Positions 1-11,638 are shown, numbered from the stretch's first letter. The stretch: 64,000 bases of DNA from Octopus vulgaris (GCA_951406725.2 OX597822.1:22692001-22756000), one strand, 5' to 3'. Program-made: numbers and translations. The notes: generated by a model not told the origin, from the sequence alone.

Positions 1-181
1 CAGATCATTGCATTTGAAATCAAATTCCACTTTGATGCCTAAAAAGCATCCACAGACCTTATGTGGCAAGTATATCTAAAAATAGGAGAGCTGGCAACAG
101 AAAGGGTATCAGGTTGTTAAAAATCCACCTCAACAAATTCTGTTTGAGCCATGCAATCATGGACAAAGAAAGCAGTAGATA

Positions 182-213
<32 letters not shown>

Positions 214-1789
214 GATATACATATATGCATACACGATGGCTCAGAATCTAATTTTAAGAATAGACAAATATCTAAAATAAAACTTCTCTTGCAACTCCCA
301 AAATTTGATTTGTCAGAACATGCTCTGAATGTTTGAAAAACTATATTGGACAGACTGAACTTTTGCTATGTAGAAGTATGTCAGTACATAAATAGTGGAT
401 TAATTAGGAAAAATCAGGAAAATCTTATCAAGTCGACATACAATAATATGTACTGGAGTGGAATTGCCAAATTTTAATATATTTCTATTCTACAAATCCT
501 AAAATTCAATCATGGATAAGGGATAAACAAAGAAAACCAATTTGCTATGAAATATCACTCCAGTTTGAACAGTTTATAAATAATTTTTATGAATGATGAT
601 ATGAAGAATACAACACAGACATTTCAGCCTACAGCAGTGTACATTTCAAATACACATACACAGGAATGCACACACCTGTTCACATACTGGTTGGATATGT
701 ACAACATCTTATTAACTTGCATATATGTATTGATAGGTGGGTGCCTGTATATCATTGTAAATAGAAGGAATTGTGTGTATGTGTATCTCTGTATATCTTA
801 TATGAGCTATTAAATCTTTTTACTTATCTGCACACCTTTTGTTCCATCTTGTGTTAGATTACTACATTAAGCACTTAAGTATTAATGATGTAAATTCTTT
901 ATTAAATACTTCTTGCCTACTAATATGATACTTTCATTCTTCATCTACCTACAATACTTTGACCTCTCTATTAATTCACTTTACTGTATCTATTTGCCTG
1001 TATCCCTTTGGCAATACTGCTTAAAAGACATTTTCTTTTGAAAAATTCTTAGAGTGAAAACAGGTTGAAAAGGGATGTAAATATATTTAATATAAAATAA
1101 CATCTGTTACTTGTTCTCTAATTTATCTAAAATGATTTAAAATTTTATTATGTGTTTTCATTCATTTTGTTCAAGTATGTATGTTTTAAGATTCTATAGA
1201 ATCTAGGCACATTGATATGTAAGATGCCTGAAATGGCTAGGTACAATAACATACATTTCAAAGTGAGATAAACAAGAATGAAGATATCAAACATTTGTAG
1301 GATACTGTTGATATGTAAGTACCAAATCTAATTTAAACCGTAGATCCAGCTCTGTGATTGGTTCTAGGTGTGGCTTAAGTATAAAAAGAGAACATAAATC
1401 AGGTCTAAAATTTACAACAGCTGTTTTGGTAAAATTTTATTGATGTATTCTTAGATTATATCATAACATATAAACCACCATCTTCAGGCAAATGCCTCCG
1501 TAAAGTCCAGCACTTGGAAGGTGCTTTTTATGTGCCACTAGTATGAATGCTAGGTACGTGACACCAGCATCGACCACAATGCCTCCATAAGACCCAATGC
1601 TTGAAAGATGCTTTTTATGTGCCACTGTGCCACATGTATCTCCCCACGTGACCATTGTTCGGCCAAGCCTAACCTTCTTTCTTGGTCCGACTGTCATCCG
1701 TGCAACATCTGTATTCCTCCCCATGCCTGTCATCTCTTATATCCCTGCCATAAGGCTTTACTTTCACACATGCCAGCTTATTTTTAATT

Positions 1790-2105
1790 TGCCCTTAGTT
1801 GAAAGACACCTGTTGTTACGTCCTGTTATTTGTATTAGTGTACCATTTCTCCGGTTTTTTTTCCATCCTTATTTTCCAAGGAATCTAATGCTCTTAGCTT
1901 AGTTTTTCCTTGGGGCTGGCCAGATTGGAGCAATCTCAAGTATAACCAGCTGAAATTGCACAGATAACCTGGAACTCGACTGAGGAAAGAAAACTTCAAA
2001 TGGCCTGTCCATGTTTTGTATCATCTGTCTGGATGTTTTTTTGTCCCTTTTTTGTATCATCTAGTTTTCTGGATGTTTTGCGTTCTTGTCCCATTTTTTG
2101 TATTT

Positions 2106-2143
<38 letters not shown>

Positions 2144-2790
2144 TCCCTGTTTATTTTGTGTTCCTTTCTGCTGAAGAGTGTAGGCTCAAAACGTAAAACA
2201 CTTTCTCACTTCCCGAGCATTAAACTAATACATCTGTTTGTTCAGTTCTATATTTAAGAGATGATGAATTATGTACATTATTTATATTATTTATATTTGA
2301 TGGATATTTGTCCTCATCTTGTTTGTTAACACAACGTTTCGGCTGATATACCCATCCGGCCTTCATCAAGTGTCTTGGGGAAATTTTGAACCTAGGTTCT
2401 CATTCTTAAGGTATTTTTTTTTATGTTATTGTTATTATTATTATTATTAAGGTCACTGCCTGGAACCAAACTTGCGCTCTTAACCACTATACCCACAGGT
2501 ATATGGTGTAGTGGTTAAGAGCACAGGCTACTGACCCCAATATTCCAAGTTCAATTCCAGGCAGTGACCTTAATAATAATAATAACAAATCAAAAATATA
2601 GCTTCGGAATGAGAACCCAGGTTCAAATTTCCCCAAGACACCTGAGGAAGGCTGGAGGGTAAATCATCCAAAACGTTGTGTTAATAACAAACAAGATGAG
2701 GACAAATATCTGTCAAATATAAATAATGTACACCTGTTTGTTGTTTACATACCTGTCGTCTTGTCGTTTTGTAAAATCTCACCATATATA
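1790..2790 (+). mobile_element. Non-coding Penelope-type repeat with degenerate hammerhead-like motif (2164-2198), interrupted at about 2245-2730 by another element
   Basis: CTGCTGA-A-GAGTG tag GCTC-AAAACGTA motif. The sequence CA(T/C)CTGTTTGTT is repeated on both sides of the nested insert. Confidence 0.4.
2247..2730. mobile_element. Fold-back (inverted duplicate) copy of tRNA-head + hammerhead repeat family
   Basis: 2247-2500 is the reverse complement of 2500-2730. A-box TGGTGTAGTGG and B-box GTTCAATTCC present. Same family as 5401-5671. Confidence 0.75.
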
Positions 2791-3269
2791 TATAACACCA
2801 AGTAAATTAGGGGTTGTGGATCCAACCCACTAATGGATAATACTTATCCAGTATACTGTTGGTATAATACCCAAATTATTAATATGCAAGCGTTTTTAAT
2901 TGCAATGCAATAAACTTACTTATTGTATTAAATGGGTGAAGGTAAAGAAATATTTTATCATTAATTTATATTACAAATAAGAAAATGGACAGTGCTGAGT
3001 TGTCAAACATTTAAACCAAATTTTCTCAAAACAACTTGTCTGACCATCCCATAGGCCTCCCCTTTGAGAAACACTGATTTTACCTTAATTTGAGACACCA
3101 GCGAAAGTAGAAATAAAGATAGACTTTTCTTCTATTCCAAAGAAAAACGATTTTATTTACACAAATATGCAACCGATGAGTTTAAAGTACCAGTAATGAT
3201 AAGGCTGTTGACTGGGAGAACACAAACATGGTAAATCATTTATTAGCAAAAAAATATTATTTTCTTCCT

Positions 3270-3753
3270 TGAATAAAAAGCAATCAGTGTTTTCTTTTCA
3301 TTAAAAAATAATTAAGCATGCCTTTATTTCAATAAAATTTTTGGTTTTGTTAAACGAAATTAAGGCAAAAAAAGAACTTCTTGAGAAACCAAATAGTCTT
3401 TCCTTCCTTCATACCAAGTTTGAAGAAAATATCTCGTTTGCATCTTACTTTTTTGGTCTCTTAAATATACTGCATTTTGTGGCATTATTTCAAGCCAGCC
3501 GGCTTTTTTTGCACAAACTGCACATGCATTTTTCTTGCATATGCATAATATCGATTGCAACACTTGCACGTTCATCAATCGCAAACTTGCACGTTTATCT
3601 ATCGCATTCTCACCTGGAATCGATTTTTGCAATTTTTTCAAGATTTATACACGCCCTGATACCATCGGTATCTACATATCAAATTTGAGGGCAATCAGAT
3701 GGAGGATGCCCGAGATCCTAGAAGACACACACATAGACAGACAGAACGGATTT

Positions 3754-3760
<7 letters not shown>
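3270..3760 (-). mobile_element. Non-autonomous Helitron/Helentron-like element (same family as 48146-48650)
   Basis: High identity to the reverse complement of 48146-48650. 5' TATATAAAA-(GTCT)n-(TG)n architecture. Confidence 0.6.
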
Positions 3761-3786
<26 letters not shown>

Positions 3787-4023
3787 ACGGGAAGCTTTAT
3801 GAAAATAAACAAAAGACGAAGGCAGGTGGAGTACAAACAAACAATGTATTAGTATGGCACTAGAGGCTTCATTCAGTTTCTGTCTACCAAATCCACTCAC
3901 AAGGCTTTGGTAAAAGACATTTGCCCAAGGCACCACACAGTGGGACTGAACCCAGAACCATGTGGTTAGGAAACAAGCTTCTTACCACACATCCATGCCT
4001 CTGCCTATATATACATGTGTGTG

Positions 4024-4536
4024 TGTTAAATAAAATGAGAGAACAAAACCAAGGGTGTGTGGAATTTATAGGACATTTAAAAAGAGAAATGTAGTCTTAC
4101 AGCTGTTTCTGAGATATTTGGGATATTCCTTCATCAGAGACGATATGAGAGAGTTAACTAGAGGAAAATAGTAGAGTTCAATATAAGAAGTTATTTTGGA
4201 AAAGGATGGATATAAGAAGTATAAAGGGAAATAAGAGAATATAGATAAAAGTAAAAATATATGTTGGATTTTACAGTTGCAGTTCCATTATCCAAGGATA
4301 TATTTTTACTGTTATTTTTATTCTCTTATTTATCTTTGCACTTCCTATATCCATCCTTTTCCAAAATAACTTCTTATATTGAAATCTACCGTTTCCCACT
4401 AGTTATCTCTCTCATATTGTCTCTAATGAAGGAATATCCCTAATATTCCAGAAACATCTGTAAAACTACATTTCTCTTTATAAATGTCCTATAAATTCCA
4501 CACACCCTTGGTTTTGTTGCCTCATTTTATTTAACA
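4024..4536. repeat. Long inverted repeat (arms about 4024-4262 and 4299-4536), each arm with a hammerhead-like motif
   Basis: The arms are reverse complements over about 240 bp. CTGATGA...GAAACAGCTGTA on the - strand and CTAATGA...GAAACATCTGTA on the + strand. Confidence 0.85.
4094..4141 (-). ncRNA. Putative minimal type-I hammerhead ribozyme
   Basis: GTCT-CTGATGA-A-GGAATATCCCAAATATCTC-A-GAAACAGCTGTA-AGAC: stem I GTCT/AGAC, palindromic stem III ACAGCTGT, GUA cleavage triplet. Confidence 0.6.
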
Positions 4537-5003
4537 TATACATGCTCACACAAGGGCCACATTAGACTCCTCACTTGTATTATCATTGAACTGAGTGTCT
4601 AACTACAGTCCTCCCATAGCACTTATATAGCTTTACTTGCCATCTTGGGTCTTCTGGATATCAATACCTCTTGCATATATACATATATATATAAAATATA
4701 TTAGATATATATAAGGATCCCTTCCAGGGACCCTATTATTAATTTTCTCAACAATATGAGTATGCCATGAGGTTTCCAGGCATGAGTTCTACTCATGTGT
4801 CCAGTTTTGTTGTGTAGATGAGAGAGGCCAGATTTGGTCCATTTGAACATAGAACAGGTAGAATATTTGGGCCAAGTATGGCTGGCTTAAATACTAAAAG
4901 GTTAATTATGCAGGTTTATTGCATTGCTCGCATGTAATTGTGTTGGCTGTTATGCATTGACCAATTTGCCTTCTTAATTGTGTTTGTTGCTGGGTATAAC
5001 AGT

Positions 5004-5337
5004 GAAGGCGCATGGCTCAGTGGTTAGAACGTCAAGCTTACGATTGTGAGGTTGTGAGTTCGAATCCTGGACCGGGCTGCATGGTGTGCTCTTGAGCAAG
5101 ACTCTTTATTTCATGTTGCTCCAGTTCACCCAGCTGTAGAAATTAGTTGTGATGTCACAGGTGCAAAGCTGTATCAGCCTTTGCCTTTCCCTTGGATAAC
5201 GCTGGTGGCATAGAGAGGGGAGGCCGGTATGCATGGGCGACTGCTGGTCTTCCATAAACAACCTTGCCCAGACTTGTGCCTGGGAGGGTAAATTCCTAGG
5301 TGCAATCCCACAGTCAGTCATGACCAAAAGGGGTCTC
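5004..5337 (+). mobile_element. tRNA-derived SINE (family D; V-domain-like)
   Basis: A-box TGGCTCAGTGG, B-box GTTCGAATCC, CTTGAGCAAGAC segment. Second copy at 35820-36125 (-). Confidence 0.75.
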
Positions 5338-5400
5338 AATAACACGTTGGAACAGTGTGCTCCAGTTATTTCTAAAATGTTTAACACATCATTAAAAGCT

Positions 5401-5671
5401 TCTATATTTAAGAGATGAGGAATTATGTACATTATAAGGCATATGGCATAGTGGTTAAAAGCACAGGCTACTAACCCCAAAATTCCAAGTTCGATTCCAG
5501 GCAGTGACCTGAATAACAACAACAACAACAATGAAAAATACCTTAGGGATGAGAACCCAGGTTCAAAATTTCCCCAAGACACCTGATGAAGGCTGGAGGG
5601 TATAGCAGCCGAAACGTTATGTTAACAACAAGGAAGATGAGGACAAATATCCATCAAATGTAAATAATGTA
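5401..5671 (+). mobile_element. tRNA-derived Pol III head + (AAC)n + hammerhead repeat element with short 5'-inverted tail copy
   Basis: A-box 5444-5454, B-box 5489-5498, hammerhead core 5583-5618. 5401-5435 matches the inverted tail end also seen at 2247-2280. Confidence 0.75.
5578..5623 (+). ncRNA. Putative minimal type-I hammerhead ribozyme
   Basis: GACAC-CTGATGA-A-GGCTG-loop-CAGCC-GAAACGTT-ATGTT. Sister copies have GTGTT, which completes stem I. Confidence 0.55.
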
Positions 5672-6369
5672 AATAATATATCACTAAAAGGTACTTTACT
5701 AGTAGTTGTTTGTGGATGTGGCACAATGAGAGAGTTTTATTTATATTATTTTTTTATAAAATTCTGGCATGTTAATGTTGTCACTTCCAGTTTCTATCAT
5801 AACCTACTTTCATCTTTTTAGGACAAATTACTTCCACTTTTTTATGACAGTTAACTGCATGCTGACCTGATGTATGCTGCCTTGTTAAAGAAGATAAATA
5901 AATGACATTTTAGAAAGTTTATTGAACCATTTCACAAATTTCTCAATTGTAATGCGTTGGGGTTCACTTTTGATAGGAAATCTTTTGTCAATGCTTGTAA
6001 AAGTTACTCTGCTGTATGGGAAGAGATAAATAAGTCATGTAAAGCTCATACGAAGTCAGTTGCTAGTGTGTGACTGTCGGTGTGCAAAGCTAAGTTTCTG
6101 ATTTTCATGATGACAAAAGTAAATGAGAAAAAGAAAAGTTCGTAAGATGAAAGATGTGAGAGTAAAGAAAATGTTTTTTTCCATTGGTATCTCAAATTAA
6201 CAGCTGTACAAAAGTTAAATGGAAGTGAATGGGTTTATATGGAATGAATTCTTGACTCACCTCAGATGGTAACAAATTATCAAATTTGTTCCCATCTGAG
6301 GCTGAACAAATAAATTCTAAGTGAATGTAATGAGAACAATGGAAATATGCTCAATGACCATTCAGTGAG

Positions 6370-6381
6370 TCTCTTCTCTCT

Positions 6382-6470
<89 letters not shown>
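6370..6470. repeat. (CT)n microsatellite
   Basis: Direct reading. Confidence 0.95.
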
Positions 6471-6473
<3 letters not shown>

Positions 6474-6694
6474 ACACTCCCACACACAGATTTCACTCTC
6501 ATAAATGACAGATGAGAGTTTCACAATTTCTTGCCAAATTAGCTGCAAAGATGATTTGTTTATAGTGATCAGATGTTTGTGCTTGTTTGGTGCTGGACAT
6601 CGAGCACACTCATTCTATCAATTTGACATTGCCTTTAAAAGTGCATGGTGTACCACATATATGTACATATATATTATGTATGTGTGTGTATATA

Positions 6695-6698
<4 letters not shown>

Positions 6699-6765
<67 letters not shown>
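6699..6765. repeat. (TG)n microsatellite
   Basis: Direct reading. Confidence 0.95.
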
Positions 6766-6766
<1 letters not shown>

Positions 6767-6972
6767 TGGGGAGAGTCATTTTCTTTTTGTGTCCTATAAT
6801 TTAACACACCCACCAGTAATATTTCCACTTATCTCTTATTTTTATTTTCCTAAAATTTTCTTTGCAAGACGCAATGAAAACTTTAGGAAAATAAAAATAA
6901 GGAATAAGTGGAAATTTTACTGGTGAGTGTGTTAAATTATAAGACACAAAAAGAAAATGACTCTCCCCAGAC
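6764..6972. repeat. About 100-bp-arm fold-back palindrome
   Basis: GTCTGGGGAGAGTCATTTTCTTTTTGTGTC... pairs with ...GACACAAAAAGAAAATGACTCTCCCCAGAC, with a short loop near 6865. Confidence 0.9.
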
Positions 6973-7309
6973 TCAACAGAATATGGCTTCAACACATGAA
7001 CTCACATAAAGAATTTTACAAACCAAATCCCAAAACGAAATATATATATATATTGGTATATCACCATGATCACCATGACCGACCAGGCTATCAGATGTTG
7101 CTACACATCGCTGGTCACAATGCACTTTGCATTGTTTTAGGCTTCAAGTGATGCCACCCCGCTGGCTAAGCAAGCAGGTCAATATAGGTATATATGTATG
7201 TGTATATATATATATATATATGATACGGAGATGTACTTCCATAGCGAGTGACTTGATCTGAGATCGTGTGCTGGAATGAAAACAATTGCAGCATGGAAGG
7301 TGTTTATAA

Positions 7310-7500
7310 GTTCGATATTCTCACGGCCAATGTTGATGATGACGCTCTGATATACGAGTAGACATCCGATCCAGTAAAAACTCTGCATTGGTAAATGGCA
7401 TTTCTAATCTTGGAATTACTAGATAAGAACCTTATTCTATTGGGATTTGCTTCCGATATTAACACGGCGTTCTTATTACTATTATGATTGTGAGAACTAC
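7310..7500 (-). mobile_element. Penelope-like retroelement GIY-YIG endonuclease remnant
   Basis: The minus-strand frame reads ...KIRNAIYQCRVFTGSDVYSYIRASSSTLAVRISN, resembling the (V/A)IY...YIG(S/T)...R..N/H signature of PLE endonucleases. Confidence 0.55.
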
Positions 7501-8473
7501 GGCTCTTTCAGATGTCCCCACTGGAGGCGACTGACATTTCTTGCATACAATTGAAGCCTAAGATAATTAACACCTTGATGTCATAAGAAAAGAAAAAAAT
7601 TGTTTGGAAGAAATTTGAAAAAGATTTTGAATTAAATTTGAAAGGGGAAATTACTCCCCTTTTAGCGTATGTTCTGCTACTTTTTTTAGAAACAATATCA
7701 GGGATTATACTCCCCTGTTTTTTTGACAAGTCATCTGTATATAAACTGGTCATAGACGAACACACAGACACAGAATTTTATCAGCCGCTTGACCAGCAAT
7801 GCCTACAATACAATATATTTTCTCTCTAGCTGCTTCCTAACATACTGCTACACATACATAGGTGCATACACACACACATACATGTAGGTAGTTCCTCACA
7901 CCCAAATAAGGTTGCTGTCATTCTTAAAACAATTTGAACATTAACACTAGTTATACAGAATATATTCACACTCTTTGGGTTTTCTGTGATTCTTCCCCAA
8001 CCTGATTTGACCGTAGTTTGACCTAGGTTTACTCCAACGGATATTTTCGTCGGCCTTCACCCACTCTAATGTCAGCGCATATTGAGAGACAGTTTTGTGC
8101 CATTTTTACCATGGGCTCCTAGGGAGCGTTTTGTTCGAAAAGCTTGCTGCGCATTTGTTTTGAGATTTTAAATTCCTGGATTTTCCTGAAGAGAAAGCTG
8201 CAGAATGGTCTCCTTATTCAATCCGAATTTGGGAATTTGCAGCCTTTGAAACATGTGTAGAAAATAATAAAAAGGAATTTTGTAGAATCTTCGTTCAGCT
8301 CCATTTCTTCCCTTCACTAAATATATAAAACTTCAATTATCCGCGCTAAAGCACGGGGGCGAAACCCCATGGTCGTAACCTCAACCGTGTCTTTTCTGGT
8401 GTGATTTTTGCTACACAGGTATCGGTTAAATTTTGAATAATCCGTAACAAGATAATTCATTTATCCATTTCAT

Positions 8474-8477
<4 letters not shown>

Positions 8478-8556
<79 letters not shown>

Positions 8557-8590
8557 ATATATCTATCTATCTATCTATCTATCTATCTAA

Positions 8591-8626
<36 letters not shown>
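8478..8626. repeat. (TA)n/(TATC)n microsatellite
   Basis: Direct reading. Confidence 0.95.
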
Positions 8627-8627
<1 letters not shown>

Positions 8628-9042
8628 CGCAGGAGTGGCTGTGTGGTAAGTAGCTTGCCTACCAACCACATGGTTCCGGGTTCAGTCCCACTGCGTGGCA
8701 TCTTGGGCAACTGTCTTCTACTATAGCCTCGGGCCGACCAAAGCCTTGTGAGTGGATTTGGTAGACGGAAACTGAAAGAAGCCCATCGTATATATGTATA
8801 TATATATATATATATGTGTGCGTGTATGTTTGTGTGTCTGTGTTTGTCACTCGCATTGCTTGACAACCGATGCTGGTGTGTTTATGTCCCTGTTACTTAG
8901 CGGTTCGGCAAAAGAGAGCGATAGAGTAAGTACTGGGCTTACAAAGAATACGTCCCGGGGTCGAGTTGCTCGACTAAAGGCGGTGCTCCAGCATGGCCGC
9001 AGTCAACTGACTGAAACAAGTAAAAGAGTAAAAGAGTAAAGA

Positions 9043-9044
<2 letters not shown>
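8627..9044 (+). mobile_element. Full-length tRNA-derived SINE (family A, major octopus-type SINE)
   Basis: tRNA-like head (TGGCTGTGTGG / GGTTCAGTCCC), internal (TA)/(TG) tract, (GTAAAAGA)n tail. Many copies in the window. Confidence 0.85.
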
Positions 9045-9091
<47 letters not shown>

Positions 9092-9487
9092 TATATCTGA
9101 TTAATAAAAAAATAGTTTCATTTGACTTACTAAATAAATTTGATAACCAAAATAGTAATTATTATTGTATTGTATAGTTTATAAATCGTATTCTTATTAC
9201 AACAATGTTGTTTGTTACTTCTGAAAGTATAGATAAAGTTTGGATATGCACCATATATGGTCCCTCATTTTGTAAATAATAATATAGATTAGTTCATCAG
9301 GAACTGTGCTTGTGGCTTGTTTGGTTTCCATTGAGGATTCCTGTTGACTCACTAAGTTCTCCCTTCCATGGTGTATGAATAACAATCATTTTTTAAGTAA
9401 CTTCAAATATGATTACCCCTAAAATATTAGGAAATTTCATTTCCATTGCTGTAGCCTAACACACACACACACACTCATATATATATA

Positions 9488-9718
9488 TATTTCTTTACTA
9501 CCCACAAGGGGCTAAACACAAAGGGGACCAAGAAAGACAAACAAAGGGATTAAGTCGATTACATCGACCCCAGTGCATAACTGGTACTTAATTTTTTGAC
9601 CCCGAATGGATGAAAGGCAAAGTTGACCTCGGCGGAATTTGAACTCAGAACGTAACGGCAGACAAAATACGGCTACGCATTTCGCCCGGCATGCTAACGT
9701 TTCTGCCAGCTCGCCGCC
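9488..9718 (-). mobile_element. tRNA-derived SINE (family B; GCCTTTCATCCTTTCGGGGTCGATAAA central domain)
   Basis: Reverse complement of the copies at 34309-34540, 50035-50265 and 62073-62293. Confidence 0.85.
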
Positions 9719-9740
9719 TTGCATGTATATATATACATAC

Positions 9741-9918
9741 AACGCCAACCACTCTCAGAGTGGTTGGTGTTAGGAAGGGCATCCAGCTGTTGAAACTCTG
9801 CCAGATCAAGACTGGAGCCTGGTGCAGCCATCTGGTTCGCCATCCCTCAGTCAAAATCGTCCAACCCATGCTAGCATGGAAAGCAGACATTAAACGCTGA
9901 TGATGATGATGATGATGA
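9741..9918 (+). mobile_element. Family C retroposon 3' end (RTE-LINE 3' UTR-like, (GAT)n tail)
   Basis: GGAAGGGCATCCAGCTG...CCAACCCATGCTAGCATGGAAAG...(GAT)n. More than 10 copies in the window. Confidence 0.8.
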
Positions 9919-10954
9919 TATGGGGGTGGGTATTTTGATTATTGCATTTACTGTCTTAAGTCCATTTTAGCATTAATTACAGAATTATCCCTCCAAGAAA
10001 ATAATCAATATAGAAGATTATTATTAGTTAATTTAAACAATAAATTTTATTATACCAACTAATTTAAATAGATAAAAGAGTTGTTGTATTGAAGACGTAA
10101 TTGTTTATAAATTCTGTGTTAAAGTTACACGTAGGAGAAGACTTGGATAATTAATTATATACATTTATATACACATATTATTGTTGTATGTTGTGATGGC
10201 AAGAGACTATCTTGGACATCAAAGGGTTTCAATTGGTATGTGTTTGAGATGTAATGAAGTGAATTTCGATGGTAATAGATTGCACTTACTTGATTATATC
10301 ATCAGTTAATGTATTTTATTGTCTTTTTTTTTGCAATTGATCAACGCTCACACTCATAACACAGACATTTGATTTAATTTTTACAATCCAGCTGTCCTTT
10401 CAGACGGGATTTTGTCTTTCTGAACCATGGACCTTGAAGTGACTTATATATAATGGAACTGTGATTATGTAAGTCGAAACAATTTGTTGGCCTTTTACAG
10501 TTTTTAAGAATATTTATATAATATTATGTTATATCACATATCATATTCATATTATTTAATGTAATATTATAATATATATAAATTATCAAATTGTCAATAG
10601 AATATCTCTATAGATAATTTAGCTTTAGTATTGAATTATACCAATATTTATATGGTATCCAACTTGAAGTACCAGTGAATTTGATGTTTAACATACCCTT
10701 TTGAAGGATTTCTTTTCCTCAGTTTGTTACTATATGTACATATACATGCATGTCAACATACATGTGTATCTACATGAATATATATATATAGAGAGAGAGA
10801 GATATATATATGGGTATAAGTTAGAGGTGTTTAAAACCTCTAAGGGATGATTGAATCCAAAGGCACTCCCGGTCTGGAGATGCAGACATTTGTAAAAGGT
10901 ATACGGTGGCAGGTAATTCAGCAGGTAAACCTTCTTCCATTTTCTTCTTGCATA

Positions 10955-11638
10955 TCTTCTTTATATATAAAAGTAAGGTTGTGTGTCTGTCTCCTATGAT
11001 TTAGATTCCTAACTACTCCCACATTTTGCGGTGCAGTTTAACCAAAACCAGGTATCTTATAGTCGTGATTCATATCGAGCCCTTCTGGGTATTAGCGCGC
11101 GTCTACGATGAGTCTACGATTTTAAAAATTAATTACCACCATTTTTTTCCATTTTAATGCATTTTTTTCGCTAAGGGATGTAACTCTCTAAAAATGTCTA
11201 CGATGAGTCAACGATTTAAAAAAAAATTTACCATCAATTTTTTCATTTTTAATGCATTTTTTTGGTATTTTTTGGCTATAACTCTCTAAAAATGCTTTAT
11301 AGTTATTTCCCTTACAAACTCGAGCAACGCCGGGCGATACTGCTAGTTATATATAAAATTGAAGTTGTGTGGATGAGACTCTGTCTCCTCCAATTTAGAT
11401 TCCTAACTACTCCCACATTTTGCAGTGCAGTTTAACCAAAAGCGGGTATCTTATAGTCGTCATTCATATCGAGCCCTTCTGGGTATTAGCGCTCGTCTAC
11501 GATTTAAAAAAAATTTACCATCATTTTTCCGCATTTTTAATGATTTTTTGCTCGGGTTATATAAGGGAAGTAACTCTCTAAAATGCTTATATAGTTATTT
11601 CCCTTACAAACCCGAGCAACGCCGGGCGATACTGCTAA
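10955..11638 (+). mobile_element. Tandem pair of non-autonomous Helitron-like elements
   Basis: 5' A|TC, subterminal hairpin CCGAGCAACGCCGGG and 3' CTAG|T at 11346. The second unit ends CTAA at 11638. Related copy at 53780-54159 (-). Confidence 0.7.

Noticed and set aside
5438-5510. tRNA-like sequences (also 2498-2570, 5008-5075, 8627-8700)
   Set aside because: A/B boxes are present but there is no proper cloverleaf or acceptor stem. They are SINE heads, not tRNA genes.
5822-5853. Possible + strand terminal exon after TTTTTAG (DKLLPLFYDS*)
   Set aside because: Too short, with no recognisable homology and no supporting upstream exon in the window.
6351-6926. ORFs with ERERER, CVCVCV or THTHTH runs (also 44096-44537, 55147-55461, 62523-62796)
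   Set aside because: They are translations of dinucleotide microsatellites, with no splice context or homology.
8579-8866. Recurrent ORFs such as YIRWASFSFRLPNPLTRLW... and LQLDALPNANHS... at many loci
   Set aside because: They recur because they are translations of SINE/LINE-UTR copies, not a protein family.
10392-10468. Possible + strand exon bounded by CAG and GTAAGT
   Set aside because: There are stops in all three frames. A non-coding exon cannot be supported from sequence alone.
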